Numbered from the stretch's first letter, positions 47,669-61,063 are shown. The stretch is DNA of 64,000 nt from Callorhinchus milii (GCF_018977255.1 NW_024704752.1:744001-808000), one strand, 5' to 3'. Notes: generated by a model from the letters alone, not told the origin. Program-made: numbers and translations.

Positions 47669-50600
47669 GGTTACACCTGAACAGGATTGGGACCAATGTC
47701 CTCGCAGCGAGGTTAACTAGTGCTGTGGGCAAATGTTTCAACTAATTTGGAAGGGGGAAGGGAATCAGGATGCAGCATCAGAGAGTAGAAAAAAGTTACA
47801 TAGAGGGCTGGGAGAGACGAATAGCAATGTAATAAGGAGTAATCCAAAAAAAGGAGGGATTAGACGGGGGAGAAATGCAGAGCAAAAATAAGTCGGTATT
47901 GGAGTGCATGAAGTGTGACAAATAAGGTTGATGAGCTGCGGCTCAAGTTGCCACATGGGGTTATGATGTATTGGCAATAACGGAGATCTGGCTCAAACAG
48001 CAATGAGAGCTGAATATTCCTGACTACAATGTATTCAGGAGGGATAGGAAAGGAAAAATAGTGGGGGGCTGGCAATATAGATTAAAGACACAGTTTCGGC
48101 CCTGGAAAGGCCCGGTGTGCTAGAGGGTCCCAAAACAGAACCTATTAAGTTACAGTTAAGGGGCAGAAAAGGCACTGTTACTTTGTTAGGTGGATACTAC
48201 AGATCAACAAATAGTGGGAAGGAGATAGATGAGCAAATCTGGAAGCAGATTTCAGAAAGATGCAAACCAATAAGAGTAGTGATAATGGGGGACTTCAAGT
48301 ATCCTAACATAGACTGGCAAAATAAGAGTATAAATGGCAATGAGGGAGAAGGATTCCTGAATTGTGCAGAATAACTTTCTGGATCAGTACATTTCCAGCC
48401 CAATGCGGAAAGAAGCAGAGCTGGATTTAGTTCTGAAGAATGAAGTGGAGCACATGGAGCAGGTTTTAGTAGGAAAGCATCTGGACAACAGTGATCACAA
48501 AAACAACAACTTGCATTTATATAGCGCCCTCCACGCTGGGCAGCGTCTCAGAGCGTTTAAATATCATTAGGCTTAGGAAATTTATGGAAAGGGACAAGGA
48601 GCAATCAAAGGTGTAGATACTCAATTGGAAGAGGAGTAATTTCAGTGAATTAAAAAGTCCGAGCCAAGGTAGACTGGAAGGAAAGATTGGCAGGTAAAAT
48701 AGCTAATGAGCAATGGGAAGCTTTCAAGGTGGAGATAGTTTGGGAACAGAGCAAATACATTTCCACAAAAGGGAAAGGTCGTGCAACCAAACCTCCTTGG
48801 ATGAATAAGGAAATTGGGATTAAAACAAAACAGAAAAAGGAGGCTTATGATAAATGTCATGTCTACAATACAGAAGGTAATCAAATGGAATATAAAAAGT
48901 ACAGAGCAGAACTGTAAAAGGAAATAAGAGAGGCAAAAAGATTGTATCAGAAAAGATTGCAGAGTAACATAAAAGGGAACCCTAAGGTACTGTATAAGAA
49001 TATCAAGAATAAAAGGTAAGTCAAAGGTAGGGTGGGACCATTTAGGACCAAAGAGGAAATCTTCTTGTGGCTGCAGAGGGCATGGCCGATGTACTGAATG
49101 AGTACTTTCCATCTGTCTTCACAAATAAGAGGATGCAGCCAATGCCACAGTATTGGAGGAGAGGGTAGGAAAATTGGATAGGTAAGTATAAACAGAGGAA
49201 TGATACTAAAAAGATTGACAGTGCTCAAGATAGATAAGTCACCCGGTCCGGACGGGATGCATCCTAGGTTAATGAGGGAAGTAAGAGTGGAAATAACGGA
49301 GGCTCTGGCCACAATCTTTCAATCCTCCTTGGACCCCGGGGTGGTGTCAGAAGACTGGAGGGTTGCAAATGTTACTCCCCTGTACAAAAAAGGGGTAGAA
49401 GGATAAATCCGGGAACTGCAAGCCAGTCAGCCTAACGTCAGTAATGGGGAAACTTCTATCTAGAGCTATAATCTGGGACAAAATAGTTTTTCACTTTGAA
49501 AAATACAGGTTAATAAAGGATAGCAAACATGGATTTGTTAAAGGCAAAGCATGTCTGACAAACCTGATAACGTTTTTTGGTGAAGTAACAGAGAGAGTGG
49601 ATGAAGGTAGTGCAGTTGATGTAGTTTATTTGGATTTTCAAAAGGTGTTTGATAAAATGCCACATAAGAGACTTGTAAGCAAAATAGAAGGTATTAAAGG
49701 GACAGTGGCAGCGGATACAGAACTGGCTGGGAGACAAAAAGCAGAGAGTGGTGGGGAACGGTTGTTTTTCTGACTGGAGGGAAGTGCAGTGGTGTCTCCC
49801 TGGGGTCAATATTGGGACCACTGCTGTTTTTGGTCTATATAAATGATGTGGACTTAGGTATTAGGGAGTACAATTTTGAAGTTTGCATATGATACTAAGC
49901 TGGAAAAGTAGTAAACACTGAGGAGGATAGTAGCAGACTGCAAATGGACATAGACAGACTGGTAACATGGGCAGACACGTGGCAGATGAAGTTTAATGTG
50001 GAGAAATGCAAAGTGATGCATTTTGTGAGGAAGAATGAGCAGAGGCAATATAAGCTGATAGTACAATCTTAAAGGGGGTGAAGGAACAGAGAGACCTGAG
50101 GGTTCATATAAGTAAATCTTTGAAGGTGGCCGGACAGGTAGATAAAGCTGTTAAAAGGGTATATGGCATACTAGGCTTTATAAATAGGGGCTTAGAAAAC
50201 TTAGGAAGTTATAATGCATCTTTATAAACACTGCACATTTTCCGTGATCTGCCTGTTTTGTTGCAACTTCGTTTCCCCACCACCCTTTTGTTCTTCAGTA
50301 TGAACACCTCTATTCCCCGGCTTTGCTGCAATCCTTCCACTTTGGTTTGCATCATTAACACCTCTTTAACTCATCATTCCCTGCCCACTACACCATTTTC
50401 TCCTTTGTCTTCCTTGCCCTGCCTCTTCCCCTCTCTGTTAGCCCTTAAAAGCCTCTCCCTCCCAACATGCCCCAATTCTGACAAAGGATCGGGTGCCCAA
50501 AAGTCTTGACTCACTTTGCTTTCCCCCATAGATGAGGGTTCCCAGCCACTTCTCTTTTTGCTTTATAAAACACTGGTTAGGCCTCAGCAAGAGACTGTGT

Positions 50601-51160
50601 TCAGTTCTGGGCCCCACACTTTTGGAAGGATGTCAAGGCATTGGAGAGGGTGCAAAGGAGATTGACCAGGATGGTATCAGGAATGAAGGACTTCAGTTAT
50701 CAGGAGAGGCGAGAGAAGCTGGGATTATTCTCCTTGGACCAGAGAAGGTTAACTTAATTGCACCATTATTGCCCCTGGGATTCTCACAATGTATACACTT
50801 TATATTTGGGACGTCCTCCCGACGTGAAAGGCGCTCTATAAATGGAATCTTGTTGTTGTTGTTAATAGAAGTTTTCAAAATTATGAGGGTATTCAATAGG
50901 GTGAACAAAGAGAAACTTCCCACTGGCGGGTGGGTCGGTAACCCGAGGTCACTGATTTAAAATAGTTGTTCAAAGAAACAGAGGGGCGGTGAGGAGAAAT
51001 GTTTTCACAGAGTGAGTTGTTGGGATCTGCCTGAAAGTGTGGCGGAAGCCGTATCAATAACAACTTTTAAGAGAGAAGTAGATAATATTTAGGGAGGACA
51101 AGTTTGCAGGGCTATGGGGAGAGAGCGGGGGGATGGGGTTAATTTGGAAGCTCTTTTAAA
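47668..51160 (+). mobile_element. Degenerate CR1 LINE (duplicate of 17630-19990 retaining its 3' end) with nested insertions
   Basis: Same EN/RT motifs; continues to the 3' UTR; inserts at ~50234-50561 and 50753-50863. Confidence 0.88.
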
Positions 51161-51621
51161 ACAGCCATTACACATTTTTATGATACTAATGCATAAGGCA
51201 TAGAGAAACTTCATTCATATTAATTAGTTGGTTGCTTATGTCACGTATTTTATTTAACAAGAGTATTCCTTATCATAACTGTCTACGGTGCTGTTAGTTG
51301 GTGCCAAAGAAGACGAGAGCCATACATTAGGGATTTCACCGTATTAAAGGCAGAAGAGTGCAGGTGGAATATGGTTGAAAGCCCCAATCATGGCTACAGG
51401 AGCTGAGGGATTAGTTACTGTTTCCATCCTCAGGTCCGTTATTGCCCCTGGGATTCTCACAATGTATTTACACTTTATATTTGGGATCGGAAAGGGAGCT
51501 AATCCCACAAGTGGTTACTGTTTGATACACTATATATACAAACAGATTCAGCCCCACGTACAATATACAGCACAGTTTCATGCTGACAAGGGATCAGCAG
51601 AGGTTACCGAGAAGCTCTGTG

Positions 51622-54600
51622 ATGTTCAGCCCATATGTGTGGCTGCTCATTGCTTGTTGTGTTTGGGGATCCCAGGGAAAGCATTGCAGGCTCCAAGGCA
51701 AGTTCAATCTATCGGAAATATCCAAAGATGGCGATATCGTTCTAGGAGGTATCTTCAATGTACACGTTGATCACTTTGAACAAATGAATACGTTTGTTAC
51801 TGCTCCAGAAGAAACAAAATGCAAAAGGTGAGCTCAGTAATGTTAGGGACCATCGTATGATCAGACTTTAATGTAAGCACAGGTAATAAATCCTCCTTGG
51901 TTCTATTTTAATGAAAGTTGTATATTTAATAAAATTGAACACCATTCATGTGTCAGTGATCTATTATTACAAAATAGTGAGAAGTGCTCATCAATTATAC
52001 ACATCATTTGTTGACTAGAAAGATTACACATTTATTTAAACTGCAAGCCAAAGTATTGTTTAGTACATAATATGCATGGATGGTTTTCTGTTTCCTCTTT
52101 TAAGTAAAATGCACTGGCTTCATGGGTTGATTAATATGTTCTTATCTACTAAAATAAGAACAATTTGCATTACTGAGAAGCTCTGTGATATACAGACTAT
52201 ATGTGGGGCTGCTCATTGCCCATTGTGTGTGGGATTCACAGGGAAAGGATTTGAGGCTCAAATTCAATCTGTTTAAAATACCCATATTTGAGGCAGGGCA
52301 GTATCTTGAAGTGCTTAGCAATGGCTTAGCGTGACCCCAAAGGCTTTTAGATGTTCTTTATGTCACAGTCAAACGCCACATTTATTATTATTATTGAATG
52401 CATTTGGCCCAATGGAAAGTAATATTACTTACATTTAAAACAGTGCCTTTCACTCGAGAGGACGTCTCAAAGTGCTTCACAGGATTTACTGAAAAGTGTA
52501 ATGATTGTGGTCTCACAGGCCCATCTTGTTCAAAAAGCAGCTTATTGAAGCTGACATGCAATATACAGGACTCTGATATAACTGCAACATTAATGGTGGA
52601 TTTCTCGTTCAGTTTGGATTTTAGAGCCTTCCGTCTGGTCAATACGATGATGTTTGCAATAGAGGAAATAAACCAGAACCCGGCACTGCTTCCTGATATT
52701 ACTCTGGGATATAAGATTTATGATGACTGCGGATCTTCCAATATTGCCACTAAAGTAGCACTGAGCCTTGTGAACGGTCAAGGAGCAACAGAGGATGACC
52801 ATAACTGTGAAGGGCCTCCTAATGTCCCAGCTCTTGTTGGTGGTGATGGATCCTCAGACTCCATAGCTGTTGCAAGGTCAATTGGTCCATTCAGAATCCC
52901 AATGGTACGTCATCACATTCATATTGGTGCAAATATCGGAGTCCTGTTAGAGCACTCGCTTTGCAAGCAAGACACCTGGGTTCAATTCCAGGCAGGGCGA
53001 AACCTTGGACAAGTTTCCCTCCTCCACATACCTAATAATAATCCCTCGAAAAAAAAAGAACAATAATAAATTGGTCATTTTCATTCTACGGCTGTTTGTG
53101 GGACACTGCTGTGAGCAATTGGCTGCCGCGTTTCACCGACAAATATACGGTCAATTCACTTTACAGCATATTCTGTGAAGCTTTCTGGAACGTTTAGAAG
53201 ATGTGAAAAGCACTATATCAAATGCAAGGATTATTATTACTATTATTATTAAGTCAGTTATCCTCCAAGAAGAAAATAAATATTTAACATTTCGCAAACA
53301 TTTAAATCTAAAACCAATACGAATATTGTGGATTAAATATATGTTATGTATTCACGTCGGTTATTTGTTAAACATTCCAGTAATAAATGGAAATTTTTCT
53401 ATTCTTCTTAATTTACTTATACATTGTTGTAGCTCCAACCCTCCCCACCCGTCGTCTCCCTCAAAAAAAAATGATGGCTTCTTATTTAAGGAAGCCTTAG
53501 TTCATGATTAACTATGCTGGAATGGTTGAGATTGGAAACTATAATACTCATCAAACATATGTTTTTATTCTGATCCTGACTGTTTTCTGTCTAAATCTCT
53601 AATTAACTGCAGGTCAGTTACTTCTCCACCTGCGTCTGTCTCAGTGACAGGAACGAATTTCCCACATTTTACAGAACTATACCCAGTGACTACCATCAGT
53701 CCAAGGCTTTAGCTCAAATCATTAAGAAGTTTGGATGGACGTGGATTGGGACTATCAGAAGCAACAATGACTATGGTAACTTTGGAATGCAGGCATTTGT
53801 AGACATTGCGCAGGAACTTGGCATTTGCATTGCCTTCTCGGAATCATTTTATAGAACAGATCCACTTGAAAAGATAAGAAAAATTGTAAATATAATGAAA
53901 TCATCTACAACTAAAGTGATCGTGGCTTTTGCTGCCTCAGGGGAAATGCGGATATTATTCAAAGAAATTATACGACAAACCGTAACTGGAATTCAATGGA
54001 TAGGAACTGAGGCCTGGATAACAGCACAGATTATTTCTCCAGATGAGAGCGCAAGATTTCTCACTGGGACAATTGGCCTTTCTATTCCTTTGTTGGAAGT
54101 GAAAGGATTGAGAGAATTTCTGCTTAAAATTCATCCTTCTGGGTTTCCCGGAAATAGTTTAGTGAAGGAGTTTTGGGAAACTGCGTTCCAATGTATTTTC
54201 TGGTCAGGAAACACAAGCCAAATAACTGCAGCATCTACATTGCAACAATGCACCGGCCAAGAAAAACTATCAGCTCTGCACAATGCATATTCTGAGGTAT
54301 CTGTGGATGGAAGTTCCTACAATGTATATAAAGCAGTGTACGCTGTGGCTCATGCACTTCACAATATGATCTCGTGTGAGAAAGGAAAAGGACCATTTAT
54401 GAACAACACCTGTGCACATGTATCCAATCTTCAACCATGGCAGGTAAGGAAATGTTTAATGTTTATTGCATTCAAATGTTTAGTCAAAGGAGAATAATTT
54501 GCATGTTTCACACAGCATTTAACTTGACCTTCACCTATCAGAAGATATCACTCAGAAATATGCTTTGAAAAAAGGTCTTCAAAAGTTTGATGAGAGATAT

Positions 54601-57600
54601 GACATTATAACCAATAAACCATGTATTTTATATTTTTGCAAAGTTACTTCATTACCTACAGTCAGTGAATTTCACAACGACATCCGGCGACAGCGTTTAT
54701 TTTGATGAAAATGGAGATCCAGTGGCTACGTACGACTTGTTAAACTGGGGAATCAATTCGAGAGGCGCTGCTGAAATTCGTGTTATTGGCTTCTACGATG
54801 GCTCTGCTTCTCCTGGTCATGAACTCACTTTGGATGAGGAGGCTATTGTGTGGAGCAGTCGTCAAAAAACGGTATATAATTCTTGTTAGTTTAGATTAAA
54901 ATTGAAATCTGGAATCGAAATGAAAATAATTTAAAAATTGTAAAAAAAGTAGGAATGACGAAAAGCATCCAATGTGCATACTAGACGTCAAATTGACTAC
55001 TAATCTTATTGTATATCTCATCCGTTTATTAAATTATTTTCCCTCATTTCCGAACCCTACGCTAAACAAATAGGAAAGAAATTTCAAATATTAAACACCT
55101 GATAAGAACATAAGAACAAAAGAATTAGGAGCAGGAGTAGGCTATTTGGCACCACGAGCCCTGCCCTGCCATTCAATAAGATCATGGCTGATCTATTCTA
55201 ACTCCACCTACCCGCCTTATCCCCATATCCCTTAATCCTTTGTACACAAGAATAAAACGCTGATAAATGTGTCCAGAGTTCTCCTTTAGGCTTTGGATTT
55301 CTTGGACATGAAAAGGAATGGGCTTTTTTTCTAACTCATTAACAAACTGCAGTAGCAATTAATGCGTTGGACATGTGTTAAAACCTCCACATTATCAGCT
55401 GTCTCCACAACTATCTCTCCCCATTCCCGTGACGCGACACTGACCTGCAAAGCAGGACCGAGAGGCAGAGGAATCTTCATAGTAGGCATCTCTTTCCAAT
55501 GGCCCCTAACAGCAGTTACCGCCATTAAGCAATGTAAGAAGATGTCCCGTGTGTGTCTTCTATTCCTTGTAATCAAGAACAGACCGAGTTGGGAGTACAG
55601 CTGCTGGGATTCCGGGTTGAGGAGCACATGGTTACATGTCAAGGGCATTGTACCAGCTTCATTGGTGTGGGGAGAGCCACGTTGCTCCTGAAGATAGGCA
55701 TCTCAAAATGGTGGAAGTACTGCTCAATGTGCAAGGTGTAGAAGCTGAAGGCATTTGTACATTTTAGGTTAGTTTTACCCTTCTGGTGATGTGTTGCTGT
55801 AATAGTAATCCACATTGTGCAGCACCTGAGATGTTTCTGGAATCGTTATCCAATTAGCAATGTGTTCACATCCGATGTCTAATGACCAATGACTGATTTT
55901 ACTGCCTGGAGAGAGGTAAATGGAGTGTACTTGAGTTTGAGTTGCGTCCAAGGCAACATTGCAGCCAATCGAAGATTGGAGTCGACTCTGTGTGGCTGTC
56001 CAGGTAGATCAGTGCGTGTCAGGCAATTACAAGGCACCAAGAGGAGAAAGTTACAGGAACCTTTAGCACTAGTTAACTTCCAGAACATTTGTTTTAAATA
56101 CCTGTATGCTGGCACTATAGTATTCGACAATGTTCATTTCTACACTTAGGTTCCACGTGCGGTTTGCAGTGAAAGCTGTGTTCCTGGAACAAGAAAAGTT
56201 GCCAGAAAAGGCCAACCCGTGTGTTGCTTTGACTGTACAGAATGTGCTGAGGGAGAAATCAGCAACATCACAGGTGAGTGTAAAATTCCTCTTCCTATTT
56301 ACAACAACTTGGCCTCCACACAGCGTAGCGTCTCAGAGCGCTTAACTGTGGCGGAGCCTGACTCTGAGCCGGGGGTGGGCGGAGATAGCTGTCAGCACTG
56401 GAGAAACATGAAAGACGGGAGAGAGGGGGTGAGGTGGAAGGATTGAGGAAGAGTGTTCCAGAGTTTAGAGGAGTAGCAGCTGAAAGCACAACGTCCAATG
56501 GTGGGGCAGTGGGTGTGGGGGTTGAGCAGGAGGCTGGTGCCAGTCGATTGGGGAGTGAGGGGGTCGGAAATGTAGGGAATTGCCAGGGAGTGAATGGATA
56601 TGAACACGAGAGTGAGATCTTGACGTTGATCCGTTCGGTGATGGGGAGCCAGTGGAGCCTGGGGCAGAACTGGTGAGATGTGGAGATTGGTCCGGCTCCG
56701 TATGCGGGCAGCAGACTTTTGAATCAGCTGATCTTGTGAATGGTGGAGCTGGGGAGACAGGAGAAGTGTTTTGGAGCAATCTAACCTGGAAGTGACAAAC
56801 ACATGCACGAGGATTTTGGCTGCATTTCGGTAAGGTACGGTCGGAAGTGGGCAATATGGCAGAGGTGGAAGCAATCGGTTTTGATCAGGGACCTAATGTG
56901 GGGGAGGATGGACAGTTGGGGGTGGAACTGGACGCCGAGGTTGCGCACTGGTACAGTGAGTCTGAGGAAGAGCCCAGGAAGGCTGAGGAATTGAGATCCA
57001 CAGGAGATTTTCGAAAACTTCCTTTAGTAATATTCATGCCATACTTACTGAATTATCGTACCTTTCCCAGATTCCACAGACTGCATTAAATGCCCTGAAC
57101 AATATTGGCCCAATCAGCAGAGAGATCGTTGCCTACCAAAGGAAATAGAGTTCCTCTCCTTTACCGAAATGCTGGGAGGTGTATTGCTGACATTGGCTCT
57201 GGTGGGAGTGAGCACCACAATAAGTATTGCCTTTGTCTTCTTCACACACAGAGACACTCCTATTGTTAAAGCCAACAATTCTGAGCTCAGCTATCTGCTT
57301 CTCTTTGCATTAACGCTGTGTTTTCTGTGCTCAGTGACTTTCATTGGCGAGCCCTCAGTCTGGGCTTGCATGTTGTGCCACACAGCATTCGCTATCGCTT
57401 TTGTTCTCTGTATTTCCTGTATTTTGATTAAAACAATCCTTGTGATTCTGGCGTTTAAGGCAACTCTTCCAAACAACAACATGGCCAAATTGTTCGGGCC
57501 TGCTCAGCAGCGTTGGAGTGTATTCCTCCTTACCTCTGTTCAGTGCCTGATATGTACTCTCTGGTTAACTATATCACACCCATTTCCCATGAGAAACACA

Positions 57601-57975
57601 GAATATTACAGAGAGATTATCATTCTGGAATGTGACCTGGGCTCTGTGAGCGCCTTTTATTCTATGGCGGGATATATTGCTTTCCTGGCCGGAGTGAGCT
57701 TTGTGCTGGCTTTTCTAGCTCGGAAATTACCTGATAACTTTAATGAGGCTCAATGTATAACCTTTAGCATGCTCATCTTTTGTGCTGTTTGGATCACTTT
57801 TATACCAGTTTACATCAGCTCTCCTGGGAAATACACCGTTGCTGTCGAAGTCTTTGCTATTTTAGCCTCGAGTTTTGGGTTATTGTTTTGTATTTTTGTT
57901 CCTAAGTGTTACATTATTTTGGTAAAACCTGAAATGAATACCAAAAAACACTTGATGGGCAAAGTGTCCAATTGA
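51622..57975 (+). CDS. V2R/OlfC receptor gene E (type I/II chimera), 6 exons, 861 aa
   Basis: join(51622..51827,52613..52904,53613..54443,54644..54871,56150..56273,57071..57975); sizes 206/292/831/228/124/905, frame intact, C-terminus GKVSN*; alternative upstream ATG at 51580. Confidence 0.92.
52173..52285 (+). pseudogene. Degenerate duplicate of exon 1 inside intron 1 of gene E
   Basis: GAGAAGCTCTGTGATAT.CAG..TATATGTG..GCTGCTCATTGC...CAGGGAAAG aligns to the exon-1 start, with ATG changed to ATA. Confidence 0.72.
52941..53250 (+). mobile_element. Near full-length Deu-SINE in intron 2 of gene E
   Basis: Head TTAGAGCACTCGC...GGGTTCAATTCC, Deu core, (TTA)n tail; empty site in gene B at ~23750. 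Confidence 0.88.
55105..55245 (-). mobile_element. CR1 3' end fragment in intron 4 of gene E
   Basis: (ATAAGAAC)n then reverse-complement CR1 3' UTR; absent in C and D. Confidence 0.75.
56302..57010 (-). mobile_element. L2 LINE 3' fragment in intron 5 of gene E (same insertion as gene C)
   Basis: Same junctions and sequence as 35447-36150. Confidence 0.85.
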
Positions 57976-58451
57976 AAAACTAGCTGCCTAGATATGTAAG
58001 ATGCAGCTAAAAGTAAACATAATATAAGTGCAGGTTAGTTTTACTGAAATGTAACAGGAAACTAACTAAAGTACATGTAAACTGTCTAATGTTTAGTCGT
58101 TTTGTGCATGGTGACATGGAATTTTTAAGTGTCACTTTACATGTTTTATATTCTCTCCCAATAAATTATTTATGTTCAACATTGATACCTGATTTTATTG
58201 TTACCTGCAATTAATTTATTTACAGATGTTACACTTGTATTGCTGCAATCAAACTTCCCTTTGATTTATTCTCTTAATTTCCAATAGCATTGTTGTCCTT
58301 TACTGATTCAGCCCAACACTGGACACAATCCACCTCAACTCTCTCAATTCCTTCTCACATGCATTTGCCATTGTAACCAATAATCCACGACACTATAGAC
58401 ACTATAAGCAATTAAGCAGTAAGTAAGTAAGTAAATAAATAAATGAATAAG

Positions 58452-58592
58452 TAGCCTCGAGTTGTGGGTTATTGTTTTGTATTTGTTTTGTATATTTGTT
58501 TTATTTTTGTTCCTAAATGTTACATTATTTTGATAAAACCTGAAATGAATACTAAAAAACACTTGATGGGCAAAGTACCTGCAAACGAATAA
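58452..58592 (+). pseudogene. Orphan exon-6 3' fragment (TM7 and C-tail KVPANE*)
   Basis: TAGCCTCGAGTT...CCTAAATGTTACATT...GCAAACGAATAA with an internal T-rich expansion; followed by the gene-B-type 3' flank. Confidence 0.82.
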
Positions 58593-60080
58593 GCACTGCC
58601 CATCACGGATATATGATCGTGTGCAGCAGAATGTAAACATATCATGTGTTCATTAAATGCAAAATGAAAATAACCATGTAAATTGTTTCATATATATACA
58701 CTCGTATACGGTATTGTTCATGGTAGGATTTCCAAAATAATAAAATAATTGGAGTTTGATCACAAGACATTTAATGTTACATTCGAGCCAACACTTTCAG
58801 GTGAGACACCGACAGATATACAACTTGTGCGATATGCGCATATTGGCGGGATGCTCCTCAATGACAGAGCAAATGTCCACGTGTGCATTACATACCAGTG
58901 TGTGTGTGCATTGTATACACCGTGTTAGACAGCATTGCCTTCCCCGTTTGGTATCCGGAGACCACTCACATATGTTCACACCGTTTGGAGACACAATTAT
59001 ATTCCATGTATAGCGTCTCCCAATTACACCCGAAAAAAGGAAGCAATAGCCACAATGCAATGCATAACAACGCCCCTTGTGGAGCGATGAGATTTTGCAG
59101 CTCCATTGTGGGAGTCGGTGGTGGGGGGTTACCCGGGGTCCCCACCTCACGGTCCCAGTACCTTTATCCACAAGGCAAGTCACGCTCAACCTCTTTGGTG
59201 CACATGTGGAAACCCATCACCATCCTGAACAATATCCAAACCAAACTGAGATTGGTGTATATCCACCTACACTGGAAATACTAGAGAAAAGATTGTTGGA
59301 ATGCAATGAGCGCTCTCTGTCTGGGGGGAAGCATCCTGCTGACCTTGCTTACAGATGCAATTTGGCCAGAGCCAAGGCTTGGGGACACCAGAGTGCACGT
59401 TGCGGTAACTGCTGGTCTCTAACCAGTTAAAACCACATAGCTTGCTATTGGTATTGCTGTCTGCCACCCCCCTGCCCCATTCACATTTCTGCCCCTTCTA
59501 CACCCCACACTCCGCTACGTCTGTATCAATCTTACTTTCCCACCTCCCTCCGTGCCTTTTCTCTCTCCTGGATCCCATCACTGCCTCCCTCTGCTCCAGT
59601 TTGGGCATCCCCTGTGAGGCCCATCATGGCTCTAAATGATGGTTGTCCCAAAGCAAACACCCCAACTTCCCCATCACCCACTCTCCATCCATCACCTACT
59701 CCAATAACCCCTAAGCTGCCTCCATCCTCATCTCTAATGCCAAGTGGAAGGTGGTTCTATACTTCTTTGTGTCACCAATGAAATATTTGCTTGGCTCCAT
59801 CCTCCTCCCTTATGGTCCCTTCCGCAACAACAAATTATATTCGTATAGCGCCTTTCAAGTCAGGCAGACATCCCAAGTCACTTCTTCCTCCTCAAAAATC
59901 CCACCCTTGACCCCTCCAACCTCGCAATCTACCGAACCATTTCCAACCTGGTCTTCCTTTCCAAAGCTCTGGAACGTGCTCTCACCTCGTCCTCCACTCC
60001 CTCTTCGAGCCCCTCCAGCCTGATTTCTCTTCTGCTCTTAGCACAGAGACAGCACTTGTCAAGTGCTGTTTGTTTGGATA

Positions 60081-61063
60081 CAACAACAACAACAAGATTC
60101 CATTTATAGAGCGCCTTTCACGTCAGGAGGATGTCCCAAGGCGCTGTACAGTTGGGTCAGGACCCGAGCAAGGGGGAAATGGTCAGGGTGAGGGGAGGGG
60201 AGGGAGGGAGCGAGGAGGGGGTAGAGAGTCGAGAGGAGAGCTGAAGGCACGGTCAAAGAGATAGGTCTTGAGACCGGCCTTGAAGGAGGAAAGGGAGGAA
60301 GCGGCGAAGGCACTGGGGGATGGAGTTCCAGAGCCTCGGGGCTGAGAGGCTGAAGGCCCGGCCACCGATGGTAGGGCGGTTGGGGCGGGGGATGTGGAGC
60401 AGACCGGAGCCAAAGGAACGGAGGGTATGGGCAGGGAGGTAGGGGGATAGGAGGTCGTAGAGGTAGGAGGGAGCAAGGCCGTGAATGGCCTTGTAGGCGA
60501 GGATGAGGATCTTGAATTTGATCCTCTGGGGGATGGGGAGCCAGTGGAGGCGAGCGAGGGCGAGGGCGAGGGTGAGGGCGGGAGTGATGTGGTCCCGAAG
60601 CCTGGTGCGGGACAGTACACGAGCTGCAGAGTTCTGAATGACCTGCAGTGTGGAGGGAGGTGCCGGGAAGGCCGGCGAGGAGAGAGTTCCCATAGTCCAG
60701 CCTTGAGGTGATAAAGGCGTGGACCAGAGTTTGAGCCGCGTGAGGGGTGAGGTAGTGCCGTAGTCTGGTGACATTCCGGAGGTGATGGAAGGCAGTGCCA
60801 GTTGTGGTGCGGATATGAGGGTGAAAGGACAGCTCAGGGTCGAACAGAACCCCGAGGTTCCTGATTGCTTTGAGAGGTGGAGAGTGCAGCCTTGGATGCT
60901 GATGCTGTCAGCGCCTGAGGTGCGGAGGCGCTGACACGAGGCCAATCATGAGGACCTCAGTTTTACGCACTTTGAGCTGAAGAACGTTGTCTCTCGTCCA
61001 AGACTCGATGTCGGACAGGCAGCTGACAGGACATTGGTGGTCGTGGAGTTGAGGGTAGAGGAT
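60081..61063 (-). mobile_element. Young 5'-truncated L2 LINE, same family as 601-3602
   Basis: Reverse complement closely matches 2615-3602 including the tail; empty site visible at ~28683. Confidence 0.92.
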
